A stretch of 60,238 nt of DNA from Ignavibacteriales bacterium (lineage in GTDB: Bacteria; Bacteroidota; Ignavibacteria; UBA10030), in contig JACPLA010000085.1 in the NCBI GenBank assembly GCA_016186715.1, positions 1 through 60,238 on the forward strand, written 5' to 3'. A program made the translations under genes and the position numbers. This document shows positions 8,573-18,175 of the stretch, one piece after another (position 1 is the stretch's first letter; every line of letters starts with the position of its first letter). The notes under the pieces were generated by a model that worked only from the letters and a program-made list of their open reading frames with translations, was not told the DNA's origin and made no database searches.

Positions 8573-9639
8573 TGGCGATGCAGGTGATTCAATGGAACAA
8601 AGGGAAGCTCCGGTTTTTGGATCAGACCATGTTGCCGGAAGCCGAGGTCTATAGAGAAACCGACGATCCCCGCACCGTCGCTGATGCCATACGATCATTG
8701 GCCATTCGCGGCGCACCCCTGATCGGCATCGCTGCGGCGTATGGAGTGGTCCTGGCCGCACGACGATTGACCGAAGCTGACCGCGCATCTCTCCAGTCTC
8801 ATGTCTTAAAAGCGATCACGTTGTTTGCATCCACTCGCCCCACTGCAGTCAACCTCTTCCAGGCGCTCGAGCGGATGAAAAAAACTGCCGAAGTGCATCG
8901 GCACAACGCCGTTGAAGAGCTGCAAAATGCTCTTGAGGCTGAGGCGCTGGCGATCCATGAAGAGGACAGGCGAATGTGCGAAAGGATCGGGGTCCATGGA
9001 GCTCAGATACTTCCGAACGCGGCGATGGCTCTGACGCATTGTAATACCGGAATGCTTGCCACCGGAGGAAGAGGTACGGCACTCGCTGTACTCCAGACCG
9101 CCTGGGAACAAGGAAAGCTCAAGTCCGTCTATATTGGGGAGACTCGTCCGCTCTTCCAGGGTGCCCGCCTGACGGCGTGGGAGATGCAAAAGCTGCAAAT
9201 CCCGGCAACATTGATCACAGATTCCACGGCCGGATTCCTCATGCAGCAGGGACGGATTAATGTGGTGGTTGTCGGGGCCGATCGGATCGCGTCGAACGGA
9301 GATGCGGCGAATAAAATTGGTACCTATTCGCTGGCCGTGTTGGCCAGGCACCATGAGATACCTTTCTATGTCGCGGCCCCATCCACAACAGTGGATTTCG
9401 AGATACCCAACGGCAAGGCGATAGAGATCGAACAGCGCAGTTCCGCGGAGGTGAAGGAGGTGAGGGGAGTCCATGTTGCTCCGCCGACGACGGAGGTCTA
9501 TTCACCGGCGTTCGATGTTACACCCCATGAGCTCATCACAGGATTGATAACGGAAGCGGGGGTCTTGCAACCGCCGTATGGGGTAAGCCTTTGCGGACTG
9601 AAACAGTCGCGTCATCCGATGACAAAGGTGACAGCATGA
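8569..9639 (+). CDS. mtnA: S-methyl-5-thioribose-1-phosphate isomerase
   Basis: IRGAPLIG, RPTAVNL, THCNTG, ETRP, GADRI, NKIGTY and PAFDVTP motifs. Confidence 0.95.
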   Translation: MMAMQVIQWNKGKLRFLDQTMLPEAEVYRETDDPRTVADAIRSLAIRGAPLIGIAAAYGVVLAARRLTEADRASLQSHVLKAITLFASTRPTAVNLFQALERMKKTAEVHRHNAVEELQNALEAEALAIHEEDRRMCERIGVHGAQILPNAAMALTHCNTGMLATGGRGTALAVLQTAWEQGKLKSVYIGETRPLFQGARLTAWEMQKLQIPATLITDSTAGFLMQQGRINVVVVGADRIASNGDAANKIGTYSLAVLARHHEIPFYVAAPSTTVDFEIPNGKAIEIEQRSSAEVKEVRGVHVAPPTTEVYSPAFDVTPHELITGLITEAGVLQPPYGVSLCGLKQSRHPMTKVTA

Positions 9640-10472
9640 TTGTGAAGACGGACGCTGTTGTTCTCAAGTCGATGCGATTCCGGGACACGAGCAAGATTGT
9701 TACCTTTTATACACGCCGTTACGGAAAACTCTCGGCGATTGCCAAAGGGGCGCGGACCCCGAAGAGCAAGTTCGGCGCCGCGCTGGAGCCTATGACGGGA
9801 GTTTCGCTTGTTCTTTATAAGAAAGAGCAGCGTGAGCTCCAATTGGTCTCTCAATGCGATATCATCAAGCCCTACAAGAAAATTCATGCCGAAATGAACC
9901 GGATGGCCGCGGCACTGTCGGTCCTCGAATTGCTTCATCAGCTGACCCATGACGAAGAAGAACACCCTGCGCTCTTTCTTCTTCTGGAGCAGACATTGGA
10001 TGCGTTGGAAACTGCGCCAAGGAACCACGGAAACTATTTGTATGCTTTTGAACTGAGATTGTCCGCACTGTTTGGTTTTTCCCCGGTTCTCGGTGCCTGC
10101 GTTCGCTGCGGATCGCGGCAGGTGTACGATGGTCCCTTGAGCATGATCACGTTCCAGTTGGACAAGGGCGGATTGGTGTGCGGCACGTGCGGCCAACCGG
10201 CGGGTGGAGTCCTCCAAAGTCTTGCAGTCCGACGGCAAGAACACTCTCGTCGGACGGAGTGGAATCGTCCTTCGCTTCTGCTCCTCCGGAAGCAGACGGC
10301 GCGAATTATGGAGCGTTTGTTTACGGCTGATTTTGAAAGTCTGGGAGGCCTGGAGTTCTCCAAAGAAGTAGGGAACGAATTGGATGAAACTTTGCGTTCT
10401 TATTTGCAGTATCATTTTGAGGACCTGAGGCCTCTTCGTTCGACCCGGGTCTTTCGTTCAATGGCAACGTGA
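9636..10472 (+). CDS. recO: DNA repair protein RecO
   Basis: N-terminal OB fold (SKIVTFYT..GKLSAIAKGAR) and CxxC..CxxC zinc finger. Confidence 0.93.
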   Translation: MIVKTDAVVLKSMRFRDTSKIVTFYTRRYGKLSAIAKGARTPKSKFGAALEPMTGVSLVLYKKEQRELQLVSQCDIIKPYKKIHAEMNRMAAALSVLELLHQLTHDEEEHPALFLLLEQTLDALETAPRNHGNYLYAFELRLSALFGFSPVLGACVRCGSRQVYDGPLSMITFQLDKGGLVCGTCGQPAGGVLQSLAVRRQEHSRRTEWNRPSLLLLRKQTARIMERLFTADFESLGGLEFSKEVGNELDETLRSYLQYHFEDLRPLRSTRVFRSMAT

Positions 10473-10507
10473 GCTACGCGTTCAGAGGAGTAAGGAGGAA
10501 TAGCAGT

Positions 10508-12058
10508 ATGTCGACAAAATCGATTATCACCGCCGTGTTACTCATCGGTCTCGGAATTGTCTTTGGAGTCGTCCTGGTCTCAAGCTTCAAAGGAGTCGAC
10601 GTGACTCTTGCCCAGGATCCTGTTCAGATCGGCTCTCAGGCCAAGCCGCCAAAAGTGAATCCGATGTTGCAGGCGCTCAACGAGGCGTATCACACGGTGG
10701 CTCGAGACGTAACGCCGTCGGTCGTCTATCTCACGGTCAAATCGAGTGGATCAAAAGGCGAAGAAAGCGGGAGTGATCGGTTTTTTCATTTCTTCGGTCC
10801 GGAATTCCGGTTCGAAATCCCCCGCCGTCCTGAGATCGGGGCGGGGTCGGGAGTCATTTTGACGTCCAGCGGGTACATTCTCACCAACAACCACGTTGTT
10901 GAAAACGCCGACAAGGACGGGATTCGCGTCCGGTTGTCCGATAGCCGGGAATACTCGGCGAAGTTGATCGGAACCGACCGGTACACGGATCTCGCCGTGG
11001 TCAAAATCGATGCCGACAATCTTCCCGTACCGCGGCTGGGAAATTCCGACGAGGTCGAAGTGGGGCATATCGTTTTTGCCGTGGGGAATCCGCTGGGACT
11101 CACCTCAACGATGACCCAGGGAATTGTCAGCGCACTGGGCCGGCAAATCGGGATTATCGATGATCAGCGAACGGGGTATGGCATCGAAAACTTCATCCAG
11201 ACCGACGCCGCAGTGAATCCGGGGAACAGCGGAGGTCCCCTCATTGATATCAGCGGAGCGGTTGTTGGAATCAATACCGCGATTGCCACGACAAACCAGC
11301 GTTATCAGGGGTACAGTTTCGCCATACCGGTCAATCTTGCGAAAAAAGTTGCGGGCGATATCATCCGGTTCGGGGACGTACGGCGAGGGTATATCGGGGT
11401 TCAAATTCAGACCGTGGATGCTGTGACCGCAAAAGCCCAGGGCTTGGACAAAGCCAGGGGCGTTATTATTCAATCGGTGAACGCCGGTAGCGCAGGTGAG
11501 GAGGCCGGATTGAAGCCCCTTGATATCATTCTGAGCGTTGACGGTCAGGAAGTTAATACGTCCCAACAGCTCCAAACGGTCGTTGCCGGCAAGGACCCGG
11601 GGCAGACAATTATCCTCAAAGTATTCAGAGACAAGAAGTTGATCGAAAAGACGGTGATTCTAAAGGTGCGGGAAGAAGAGCGGGATCTGGCGGCAACGGA
11701 CACAAGAAGAGGCCGGCGGGATGAAGCTGAGACAGCAAAATCAGCCGCCATTACTGTTGAAGAGCTTGGCCTGACCGTCAAGGCAATCGACACAAGAACA
11801 AAAAAGGATCTTGGAGTTGACCAGGGAGTGATGGTCGAAAAAGTTGAACCCTTCAGCCCTGCCGGTCAGAGAAACATCACTCCAGGTGACGTGATCCTGA
11901 GTGTCGGGAATCAGGAGATCAACAGTCCCGATGAATTCAAGGAAAGCATAGGAAGAATGAAAGCCGGCGATGCGGTCATGCTTCGGATCAAGGGAGAAAA
12001 CCAGCGAGTGAACTACGTCGCCATCCAAATCCCCGAGAAGAAGGCCGAAGCAAAGTAA
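10508..12058 (+). CDS. degP: Do/DegP (HtrA) serine endoprotease with two PDZ domains
   Basis: TNNHVV, DLAV and QTDAAVNPGNSGGPL catalytic triad motifs; N-terminal membrane anchor. Confidence 0.93.
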   Translation: MSTKSIITAVLLIGLGIVFGVVLVSSFKGVDVTLAQDPVQIGSQAKPPKVNPMLQALNEAYHTVARDVTPSVVYLTVKSSGSKGEESGSDRFFHFFGPEFRFEIPRRPEIGAGSGVILTSSGYILTNNHVVENADKDGIRVRLSDSREYSAKLIGTDRYTDLAVVKIDADNLPVPRLGNSDEVEVGHIVFAVGNPLGLTSTMTQGIVSALGRQIGIIDDQRTGYGIENFIQTDAAVNPGNSGGPLIDISGAVVGINTAIATTNQRYQGYSFAIPVNLAKKVAGDIIRFGDVRRGYIGVQIQTVDAVTAKAQGLDKARGVIIQSVNAGSAGEEAGLKPLDIILSVDGQEVNTSQQLQTVVAGKDPGQTIILKVFRDKKLIEKTVILKVREEERDLAATDTRRGRRDEAETAKSAAITVEELGLTVKAIDTRTKKDLGVDQGVMVEKVEPFSPAGQRNITPGDVILSVGNQEINSPDEFKESIGRMKAGDAVMLRIKGENQRVNYVAIQIPEKKAEAK

Positions 12059-12085
12059 CCCAAAGTCGTGGTGAGAGCTGATTCG

Positions 12086-12117
12086 GAACGCAGGGAGTCC
12101 CCTGCGTTCTGTGCTTT
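12086..12117 (+). terminator. Probable intrinsic terminator after degP
   Basis: Perfect 10-bp stem gaacgcaggg-agtc-ccctgcgttc; weak U tract. Confidence 0.55.
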
Positions 12118-12213
12118 CAGAAGGTCCTTCTGGTGTAGTGCGTCCAATGGTTCTTTTCGTTTGGGTATTCTATCACGCGTATGAAATTCCAAGTTATTTG
12201 TACTCTTCCTTTT

Positions 12214-12275
12214 CTCTGTGTCCCTCTGTGTAAGGCTTTTACACAAGGAAAAACATCACACAGAGTTCCACAGAG
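12214..12275. repeat. ctctgtg x2 / cacagag x2 inverted repeat element
   Basis: ctctgtg at 12214 and 12224; cacagag at 12259 and 12269. Confidence 0.6.
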
Positions 12276-12409
12276 GTTTTTTTCTCTGGATTCTTACTCA
12301 AATGTCAAGAGATTCATGACGCACTACACTAGAATGGGCCGTTTCGAGAAGAGCTTGAAAATCCGTTAAATTTTCGCTATTACCACTTGTCATCTGGAAA
12401 GGCATTTCA

Positions 12410-13585
12410 GTGATTCGTTATCTAACCGCCGGTGAATCTCACGGCCAGGCCCTGGTCGGGATTGTCGAGGGACTTCCCGCGGGAATACGGATTTCCTCCG
12501 ATTACATCAATCATCAACTGCGTCGCCGTCAGGCCGGTTACGGGCGCGGGGGAAGAATGAGGATCGAGTCAGACGCGGTGGAAATCCTTTCCGGAATTCG
12601 ATTTGGCAAGACTCTGGGATCCCCCATTGCCCTGGTGATACGGAATAAAGACTGGGTGAACTGGACCGACGCCATGGCTGTGGAAGCAGACGGGAAGGGT
12701 GTCAAAAAGGTAACAGTTCCACGCCCCGGTCACGCAGATTACGCGGGAGCCCGCAAATTTGCGTTTGATGATCTTCGTAACGCGATCGAAAGGTCAAGCG
12801 CCCGGGAGACCGCGATGCGGGTTGCCTGTTCCACGATGGTACGAAAGTTTCTCGAAGACGTGGGGATCTTCATCGGCAGTCATGTATTGGCAATCGGAAG
12901 TGTGGAAGTCGGTAATCGGGCGAAGATCGATGCGTTGATCCGGAAGAAAATCAAATCATCGTGTGGGGCGTATAAGGTGACCGAAGAGGCGGATCGGTCG
13001 GAAGTACGGTTTCTGGACTGGTCGGCGGCACAGAAAGCAATGCAGGAAATACGGAAGGCAAAAAAAGCGGGTGATACGCTCGGAGGAATTTTCGAAGTGA
13101 TGGTGACAGGAGTCCCGCTTGGACTTGGAAACTATGTGCATTGGGACCGAAAACTCGACGGACAACTGGCGCAGGCCGTTATGTCCATTCATGCCGTGAA
13201 GGGGGTGGAGATTGGGGAGGGGTTTTCCAATGCGCGGAAACCCGGTTCGGAGGTCCACGACGCGTTTGGGATCAAAGGGGGATCGATTATACGGAAGACA
13301 AATCGCGCCGGCGGGCTCGAGGGAGGTGTAACGAATGGGGAAATGATCGTTGTGCGGGGCGCCATGAAGCCGATCTCAACCCTTGCCAGACCGTTGAAGT
13401 CGGTCGATCTTTCCACAATGAAAAGCGTCGATGCGCGCTATGAGCGATCGGATGTCTGTGCGGTTCCTGCATGCTCGGTCATCGCCGAGGCCGTGATCGC
13501 CCCCGTCCTCGCGAATGCGTTTCTCGAGAAATTCGGCGGTGATTCCATGAAGGAGGTGAAAACTCGGTACCGAAAAATTTTCTAA
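12410..13585 (+). CDS. aroC: Chorismate synthase
   Basis: TAGESHG, RPGHAD, ERSSARETA, NRAGGLEGG, MKPISTL and ERSDVC motifs. Confidence 0.97.
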   Translation: MIRYLTAGESHGQALVGIVEGLPAGIRISSDYINHQLRRRQAGYGRGGRMRIESDAVEILSGIRFGKTLGSPIALVIRNKDWVNWTDAMAVEADGKGVKKVTVPRPGHADYAGARKFAFDDLRNAIERSSARETAMRVACSTMVRKFLEDVGIFIGSHVLAIGSVEVGNRAKIDALIRKKIKSSCGAYKVTEEADRSEVRFLDWSAAQKAMQEIRKAKKAGDTLGGIFEVMVTGVPLGLGNYVHWDRKLDGQLAQAVMSIHAVKGVEIGEGFSNARKPGSEVHDAFGIKGGSIIRKTNRAGGLEGGVTNGEMIVVRGAMKPISTLARPLKSVDLSTMKSVDARYERSDVCAVPACSVIAEAVIAPVLANAFLEKFGGDSMKEVKTRYRKIF

Positions 13586-13666
13586 GGTGATCCTCCCGGT
13601 GAGGCAAGACGTCATAAAGTGTGTTTTCTGTTCATTTTCTGAGACTCCTTCAACCGTCTCTGGTTC

Positions 13667-13695
13667 TTGACTCTCGCCAGGCTTTATGCTATATT
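13667..13695 (+). promoter_or_regulatory. Sigma70-type promoter upstream of HNH-trpS
   Basis: TTGACT-N17-TATATT with extended TG. Confidence 0.65.
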
Positions 13696-13853
13696 TTTCA
13701 GCAAGTAAGACGAAAGCTTTCAAGGAACCTTTCATTCAAATGGGCATATCTGCCTACAGGTGAGGAGGTGTTTGAGACTTCAGCGCAGCGATTCACGGTG
13801 CAGGGTCGAACGGGAAGTCTGGCGCAGGCGCACAGTTCGGAATAAACCGAAAG

Positions 13854-14345
13854 GTGCTTGTTTTAAACCAGAACTACGAGCCACTCAGCGTTTGCAATGT
13901 CAAGAAAGCGGTTGTCCTCCTCTATCTTGGTAAAGCTGAATTGATTGCCGCTCTTGACGGCAGGCACTTGCACTCCGTCTCGATGACGATGCCGTTCCCG
14001 AGCATCGTTCGCCTTTCTGTCTACGTCCGTGTCCCTTTCAAAAAAATCGTTTTGTCCCGGAAGAACATCCTTCGGCGCGATAGTCATCGATGTCAGTACT
14101 GCGGCCGATCCGATGTGCCTCTGACGGTCGATCACGTGGTTCCCAAGGCCCGGGGGGGTGAAGACGCCTGGGAAAATCTTGTGTGCGCCTGCGTCCGGTG
14201 TAACAACAAGAAAGGAGACCGGACCCCTTCAGAAGCACAAATGCCGTTGGTACGGAGACCGATCCGGCCAAACCACGTCATGTTTATCCGGGACTTCGTC
14301 GGCTCCGTAGACGACCGGTGGAAACCGTATCTCTTCATGAACTAG
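13854..14345 (+). CDS. HNH endonuclease (McrA-like)
   Basis: VLVLNQNYEPL, RDxHRCQYCG, TVDHVVP and WENLVCACVRCNNKKG motifs; exact start uncertain. Confidence 0.93.
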   Translation: MLVLNQNYEPLSVCNVKKAVVLLYLGKAELIAALDGRHLHSVSMTMPFPSIVRLSVYVRVPFKKIVLSRKNILRRDSHRCQYCGRSDVPLTVDHVVPKARGGEDAWENLVCACVRCNNKKGDRTPSEAQMPLVRRPIRPNHVMFIRDFVGSVDDRWKPYLFMN

Positions 14346-14376
14346 AGCCGACAACGGGCAGGAGTTCCCAAACGAT

Positions 14377-15360
14377 TTGACGAACAAGAAGAAGGTCATC
14401 CTGAGCGGCATGCGCCCGAGCGGAAAGCTACACCTGGGGCATCTTGTAGGAGCGCTGGAGAATTGGGTGGCGCTGCAGGATGAGTTTCAAAACTATCACC
14501 TCATCGCCGACTACCACGCCCTGACGACGAATCCGGATACATCAGAGATTGAACAGAATTCTCTCGACATGCTTATCGACTGGCTGTCGGCAGGAATCGA
14601 TCCGAAAAAAAGTCCTGTCTTCCGACAGTCGAAGGTGAAAGAACATGCCGAACTCCATCTGATCTTTTCCATGCTGGTGACGACAGCGCGGCTTGAACGA
14701 AATCCCACGTTGAAAGAACAGGTGAGGGACCTTGAGATCGAGACGGTTGCTTACGGTCATCTCGGATATCCCGTTCTTCAGGCGGCCGATATTCTCCTTT
14801 ACAAGGGCGACGTCGTGCCGGTCGGCGAAGACCAGCTCCCGCACATCGAGATTACTAGAGAGATTGCACGAAGATTCAACCAACAATACCGGCCTGTTTT
14901 TCCGGCGCCTGAGGGAAAACTCACCAGGTTCGCACGGCTGCCGGGGCTTGACGGCCGAAGGATGAGCAAATCGGTCGGAAACACAATTCTGTTGTCGGAT
15001 GATCCCACATCGATCGCGAAAAAAATGCGGACCGCTGTTACCGATCCGCAAAAAATCAGAAAGGGAGATCCGGGCCGGCCCGACATTTGTCTCGTGTTTG
15101 CCTATCATAACAAGTTCAACCAGGCAGAGGTCCCGCAGGTGCGGAAGGGGTGCGAAAGCGGTGCCCTTGGGTGTGTTGACTGCAAGCTGAACTGCGCGAA
15201 CCATATTGCCGAAGCGCTGGCCCCGATCAGGGAAAAAAGAAAGCATTATGAGTCGCAGAAGAAGGAAGTGCGTGAGATCCTGGAGGATGGCGAGCGGCGC
15301 GCGAGGGCCGTCGCACAGAAAACGATGGCCGAAGTGCATGACGCCATGGGAATCGGATGA
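14377..15360 (+). CDS. trpS: Tryptophan--tRNA ligase
   Basis: SGMRPSGKLHLGH, YPVLQAADIL, VPVGEDQ and RMSKS motifs. Confidence 0.97.
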   Translation: MTNKKKVILSGMRPSGKLHLGHLVGALENWVALQDEFQNYHLIADYHALTTNPDTSEIEQNSLDMLIDWLSAGIDPKKSPVFRQSKVKEHAELHLIFSMLVTTARLERNPTLKEQVRDLEIETVAYGHLGYPVLQAADILLYKGDVVPVGEDQLPHIEITREIARRFNQQYRPVFPAPEGKLTRFARLPGLDGRRMSKSVGNTILLSDDPTSIAKKMRTAVTDPQKIRKGDPGRPDICLVFAYHNKFNQAEVPQVRKGCESGALGCVDCKLNCANHIAEALAPIREKRKHYESQKKEVREILEDGERRARAVAQKTMAEVHDAMGIG

Positions 15361-15510
15361 GGACAATGGACAATGGGCAATGAACAATGTGCAATGAACA
15401 TTTGCATCTGAGGCCTGAGTGTTGAGAATCCTAAACCCGAAACCCGACACTCGACACTCGACACGTGACGCGTGACGAGTGATGTGTGACGGGGAAAGGG
15501 ACCTCGACAC
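15361..15510. repeat. Degenerate tandem heptamer arrays
   Basis: ggacaat ggacaat gggcaat gaacaat gtgcaat; aaacccg aaacccg acactcg acactcg acacgtg acgcgtg acgagtg atgtgtg. Confidence 0.8.
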
Positions 15511-15530
15511 CAAACCGTAATTTGTAACTG

Positions 15531-16247
15531 ATGTACACCGTCAAACTCACAGACTTCGAAGGCCCTCTGGATCTCCTGCTCTTCTTTCTTAAGCGGGACG
15601 AGTTGGATATCTACGATATTCCCATTGCAAAGATTACAAAGGAGTTTTTGGAGTATCTCCATTACATGGAATCCCTCGACCTTGAGGTGGCCGGTGAGTT
15701 CTTGGTGATGGCGGCAGAATTGATGCAAATCAAGGTGAAAATGTTGCTCCCCCCTGAACCGGGTGAGGAGGAAGAGGAAGATCCACGCGCCAACCTGGTC
15801 AAACGCCTGGTTGAATATAAACGATTTAAGGAACTCGCCGGCGAAATGTCGGAGCTGGAAGACGAACAGAAAAAAGTCTGCGCCCGTGGATACCGTGAGG
15901 CGGACGAAAAGATCATGCCCGTCCACGAAGACGAAGACACACTGCGCGATGTTTCGCTGTTCGATTTGATTGCTTCGTTCAAATTTGCGGTGGATCGGAT
16001 GCCCAAAAAAACGGTGCATGAAATCATCCGGCTGAACGTTTCCATCGACGAACAGATTTCTTTTCTCAATGATTTCTTCGCGCGCAGGTCCGAAGCGACC
16101 TTCTCAGAGATCGTCGGAGGTATGGATGAAAAGATTCGCATCGTGGTGACATTTCTGGCGTTGCTGGATTTGATCAGAGGAAGACTTCTCATTGTCCGGC
16201 AGTCAAACCCATTTGGTGAACTTTCGATCATGCGTCCCGTTGCGTGA
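15531..16247 (+). CDS. scpA: Segregation/condensation protein A (kleisin)
   Basis: FEGPLDLLL, DIYDIPIAKIT and VTFLALLDL motifs. Confidence 0.96.
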   Translation: MYTVKLTDFEGPLDLLLFFLKRDELDIYDIPIAKITKEFLEYLHYMESLDLEVAGEFLVMAAELMQIKVKMLLPPEPGEEEEEDPRANLVKRLVEYKRFKELAGEMSELEDEQKKVCARGYREADEKIMPVHEDEDTLRDVSLFDLIASFKFAVDRMPKKTVHEIIRLNVSIDEQISFLNDFFARRSEATFSEIVGGMDEKIRIVVTFLALLDLIRGRLLIVRQSNPFGELSIMRPVA

Positions 16248-16256
16248 GGATCAGGC

Positions 16257-17450
16257 ATGGAACAACAGACGACAATATCTGAACGGCAGGCCCTGAACAT
16301 GCCTTCTACGGTCAAGAGTCTGATTGAGGCGCTGATCTTTGCCGCTGGCGAACCGCTCACTGTACGCCAGATCAAAGCCATCTACGAGGAACAGACCGCG
16401 GTTGGAGAAGAACGCCGCCTGGAACAAGCTGAGATTCAGCAGATTATCGGAGATCTGAATCAGGAGTATCAGAAAGCCGACAAACCGTACCGCATTATCG
16501 CCATCGCCGGGGGATTTCAATTCGCAACGCTCAAGCAATATGCCGAATGGATCGGAAGACTATCCCGGGAACAATCCAGACGTAAACTCTCTCAATCGTC
16601 GCTCGAGAGTCTTGCGATCATCGCCTATAAGCAGCCGGTGTCAAAACCCGAAATTGAGGCAATTCGGGGCGTGAACTGTGACTACGTGTTGAAAACCCTC
16701 CTCGAAAAGGAATTGGTTACGATCGTCGGGCGCGCCGAGACGGTGGGGCGTCCTCTTCTCTACGGAACAACGCGGGAATTTCTAAAACACTTCGGCTTGA
16801 ATGAGATTACCGATCTACCGCGGCCGAGGGAAATCGAAGAGATCCTCGGCGAAACTCAGTTTGAAACTGAACGGAGAATGCTCGAGGCCGCAGCCGCGGC
16901 TGAACACATGAAGGAGGAAGAAGACTTCAAATCGCGTCTTCCTCACATTCCAAAAAAGAAACCGGAATTGAGTGAAGAAGTGCACATTGTTCCAAAGAGC
17001 CCTCGCCGGAACATTGTTCTGAAGCAAGGGGGCGAATCGGAACAAGCAGGCCGGGAACCGATCGAGCTCCCGGTGCAAACAAAGGCGGTTGAATCGGCCG
17101 CCCCGGTTGTCGACGAAAGCCCGGAGTCGGTAACAAGCGAGACAGGAGTCGGTGAACGCTCGGCGGCTGTAGAAGTGCCGGAACCGCTGACGATTCCTGA
17201 GATGGAAATGATGGAAGGGCAGGCCACAACGCCCGCCAACCGCATTGATCACTCGGCTGATGAAGGAAAACAAATTGCGACCGCCAACGACTCTCCGCTT
17301 GCAACTGAAGCATCTTCCACCGATGTTCCTGAACACAGCCCCCAATCAATCGATTCCTCACAAGAGCCTGAGCTGACTCAGCCTCGGAAATCCCGATGGA
17401 CCAGTTGGAAAGAAAAGATTCAATCCTTCATCAGGAAACTGTTCGTCTAA
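16257..17450 (+). CDS. scpB: SMC-Scp complex subunit ScpB with long C-terminal extension
   Basis: IEALIFAA, LAIIAYKQPV, IRGVN and GRPLLYGTTREFLKHFGL motifs; about 190 aa extra tail. Confidence 0.95.
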   Translation: MEQQTTISERQALNMPSTVKSLIEALIFAAGEPLTVRQIKAIYEEQTAVGEERRLEQAEIQQIIGDLNQEYQKADKPYRIIAIAGGFQFATLKQYAEWIGRLSREQSRRKLSQSSLESLAIIAYKQPVSKPEIEAIRGVNCDYVLKTLLEKELVTIVGRAETVGRPLLYGTTREFLKHFGLNEITDLPRPREIEEILGETQFETERRMLEAAAAAEHMKEEEDFKSRLPHIPKKKPELSEEVHIVPKSPRRNIVLKQGGESEQAGREPIELPVQTKAVESAAPVVDESPESVTSETGVGERSAAVEVPEPLTIPEMEMMEGQATTPANRIDHSADEGKQIATANDSPLATEASSTDVPEHSPQSIDSSQEPELTQPRKSRWTSWKEKIQSFIRKLFV

Positions 17451-18175
17451 ATAGGTATCTGGCTCTCGCCGGAGTAGGTTCCCGCCGTAAGAATGATGAG
17501 TTGATCCTCTCAGGGGCTGTCAAAATCAACGGAAGAGTTGTCAAGGAGCTCGGAACGAGAGTTCATCCGGCCCGCGACCGTGTGATGGTGCAGGGGAAGA
17601 CCGTCGAGCTTGCCCAGAAGTATGTCTATATCCTCTTCAACAAGCCGAAGGATTGTATCACCACCGTCAGTGACGAACGGGGTAGAACGACGGTGATGCA
17701 CTATGTCCGCGTGCGTCAGCGCGTCTATCCGATCGGCAGACTGGACCGTGATACCACCGGAATCCTGCTCCTGACCAACGATGGGGCGTTGGCGCATCAG
17801 CTCACTCATCCGAGTTTTGAAGTCGAAAAGGTCTACAGGGCCCGGCTGGATCGCGGAATTGTCGACGCGGATGTCCGAAGCCTGATGAAAGGAATCCGCC
17901 TCCGTGAGGGTGCTATCAAGGTGCGACAGGCTGCGGTTCTCCCCGCAACAAGGAAAACGGAAGTTCTGATCACAGTCCACGAGGGCCGAAACCACCTGGT
18001 CAAACGGATTTTCGAAAAAATCGGATACGACGTGAAGAGGCTTGATCGGGTTGCCTTTGCGGGGCTGACAACAACGGGCGTCGCACGAGGAAAATGGCGA
18101 TTCTTGAACTGGACGGAAGTTCAGCACCTGAAGTCTGGATCTGCAATCAAACAAGCGCGGCAACTGGATGTATGA
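17396..18175 (+). CDS. rluB: RluB/RsuA-family rRNA pseudouridine synthase
   Basis: S4 domain [22 protein letters not shown] and EGRNH motifs; follows scpAB. Confidence 0.9.
   Translation: MDQLERKDSILHQETVRLNRYLALAGVGSRRKNDELILSGAVKINGRVVKELGTRVHPARDRVMVQGKTVELAQKYVYILFNKPKDCITTVSDERGRTTVMHYVRVRQRVYPIGRLDRDTTGILLLTNDGALAHQLTHPSFEVEKVYRARLDRGIVDADVRSLMKGIRLREGAIKVRQAAVLPATRKTEVLITVHEGRNHLVKRIFEKIGYDVKRLDRVAFAGLTTTGVARGKWRFLNWTEVQHLKSGSAIKQARQLDV

Noticed and set aside
13740-13853. In-frame upstream ATG with two TGA codons ahead of the HNH gene (possible recoding)
   Set aside because: TGA is a normal stop throughout the window and no SECIS-like element is evident; more likely leader sequence
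13854-14345. HNH nuclease as a defence or mobile system
   Set aside because: Common stand-alone McrA-like family with no methylase, Cas or intron context
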